The position numbers and the translations under genes were made by a program. The notes under the pieces are model-generated. The model was not told the origin of the DNA, made no database searches, and saw only the letters and a list, made by a program, of their open reading frames with translations. A stretch of DNA of 64,000 nucleotides from Desulfosoma sp. (GTDB lineage: Bacteria; Desulfobacterota; Syntrophobacteria; Syntrophobacterales; DSM-9756), in the NCBI GenBank assembly GCA_037481835.1, contig JBBFKW010000016.1, positions 55,502-119,501 of the forward strand. Direction: 5' to 3'. Each line of letters begins with the position of its first letter. Position 1 is the first letter of the stretch. Positions 62,819 through 64,000 of this stretch are shown here, piece after piece.

Positions 62819-63358
62819 ATGCAGATTAATGTGGCGTTTCGACACACGGAACCTTCCGATGCGTTGAAAACTTATGCGGAAGACAAGGTTTCCAGGATCA
62901 AGAAGTACCTTGAAGAGCCCATTGAAGCCCATGTGGTGCTGCAGGTGGAAAAATTTCGGCATATCGCCGACGTGACCGTGGAATCCAACGGCGTCCGCAT
63001 CAACGCCCGGGAAGAGACGGAAGATATGTATTCCGCCATCGATATGGTGGTGGACAAATTGGAAGGGCAGGTGAAGAAGTACAAAGAAAAACTTCGAAAC
63101 CGCAAGCCTTCCACGTCGGAACGCACCCAAAAGCTCATGATGAACGTCCTGGAATGGCCCGCCGAAGAGGCTTCGGAACCGCGCGTGGTGACCACGCAGC
63201 AGCTTTACGCCAAACCCATGGACGTGGACGAGGCGGTCATGCAGCTGAACCTGTCCAACGGGGATTTTCTGGTGTTCACCAACCGGGCTACCATGAGCGT
63301 CAACGTGTTGTATCGCCGCAAAGACGGCAATTACGGACTGATCGAACCCGTACAATGA
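62819..63358 (+). CDS. hpf: Ribosome hibernation promoting factor, long form
   Basis: MQINVAFRH, DMYSAID, KPMDVDEAVMQL, YRRKDGNYGLIE. Confidence 0.93.
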   Translation: MQINVAFRHTEPSDALKTYAEDKVSRIKKYLEEPIEAHVVLQVEKFRHIADVTVESNGVRINAREETEDMYSAIDMVVDKLEGQVKKYKEKLRNRKPSTSERTQKLMMNVLEWPAEEASEPRVVTTQQLYAKPMDVDEAVMQLNLSNGDFLVFTNRATMSVNVLYRRKDGNYGLIEPVQ

Positions 63359-63431
63359 CGACGGGACAACGGACTCAGACCACCATCCCCGCGAAGGGGA
63401 AACGGCATAGAGGGAGGATCCCGAAGGGTTG

Positions 63432-63893
63432 ATGAAGATTGTGGACATCTTGCCCAAAGAAGCCATCATCGCCGAACTGGAAGCGAAGACCAAAAGAGAG
63501 GTTTTGGAAGAGCTGACGGACGCGCTGCTCCGCCACAAACCCCAACTGGATCGGGCTCGCTTGCTGGAAGTGCTTCTGGAGCGGGAGAAGCTGGGAAGCA
63601 CGGGCATCGGGGAAGGAATCGCCATCCCCCATGGCAAAATTGAAAACCTGGACCAACTGGTCCTCTCCTTCGGACGGTCCACCCGAGGGATCGATTTCGA
63701 ATCCATGGACGGCAAGCCCGCGCACCTTTTCTTCCTGCTGGTGGCTCCGGAAAACTGCGCGGGCATCCACCTGAGGGCCCTGGCCAAGATCGCCCGCTTT
63801 TTGAAAAGCGCCGCCGTGCGCCGTCGCCTGGGGCTCGCCGCGTCTCAAGAGGAAATCTTCGAAATTATCAAGCAAGAAGACGACGACTTTTAA
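63432..63893 (+). CDS. ptsN: PTS IIA(Ntr)-like protein
   Basis: REKLGSTGIGEGIAIPHGK, DGKP, HLRALA. Confidence 0.93.
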   Translation: MKIVDILPKEAIIAELEAKTKREVLEELTDALLRHKPQLDRARLLEVLLEREKLGSTGIGEGIAIPHGKIENLDQLVLSFGRSTRGIDFESMDGKPAHLFFLLVAPENCAGIHLRALAKIARFLKSAAVRRRLGLAASQEEIFEIIKQEDDDF

Positions 63894-63915
63894 CCCGTGT
63901 GCCGATTCGGTTTTG

Positions 63916-63953
63916 CGGGGAGTTGGGCAAGGCCCCGACTCCCCGTTTTGTTT
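63916..63953 (+). terminator. Intrinsic terminator after ptsN
   Basis: Stem CGGGGAGTTGGG/CCCGACTCCCCG followed by TTTTGTTT. Confidence 0.65.
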
Positions 63954-64000
63954 GCCCGGCAAAGCCGGTAACCCGTCCGCTTGAAAGAGAGCGGAGATGC

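Overview
GC-rich bacterial chromosome segment. Gene content and order (rpsF-rpsR-DUF2232-rplI-dnaB, long HflX, pyrG-kdsA-kdsC-lptCAB-rpoN-hpf-ptsN, tungsten AOR, sigma54 activator) suggest an anaerobic Desulfobacterota/deltaproteobacterium; this is inference. Most of the window is housekeeping: membrane PPase, carD, rluD, ribF, hflX, dnaB, ribosomal proteins, a complete pho/pst locus, LPS export and rpoN. An accessory catabolic block spans about 6.3-24 kb. It holds a Liv-type ABC transporter, a PAS/sigma54 activator, a GabT-like aminotransferase and an aldehyde:ferredoxin oxidoreductase. These are followed by an AT-richer cassette encoding DUF1097, LamB/PxpA and a urea-carboxylase-like enzyme split into four genes, then a decayed IS1380 near tRNA-Leu. 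Main finds: (1) the split biotin-dependent carboxylase plus LamB next to gabT/aor, a candidate anaerobic lactam (e.g. 2-pyrrolidone) to omega-amino acid pathway; (2) a DsrE-family selenoprotein truncated by the ORF track (in-frame UGA in a UxxC motif plus a SECIS-like hairpin); (3) a probable ATC start codon for hflX; (4) two divergent four-unit PHO-box arrays; (5) a GTAG-type REP repeat.
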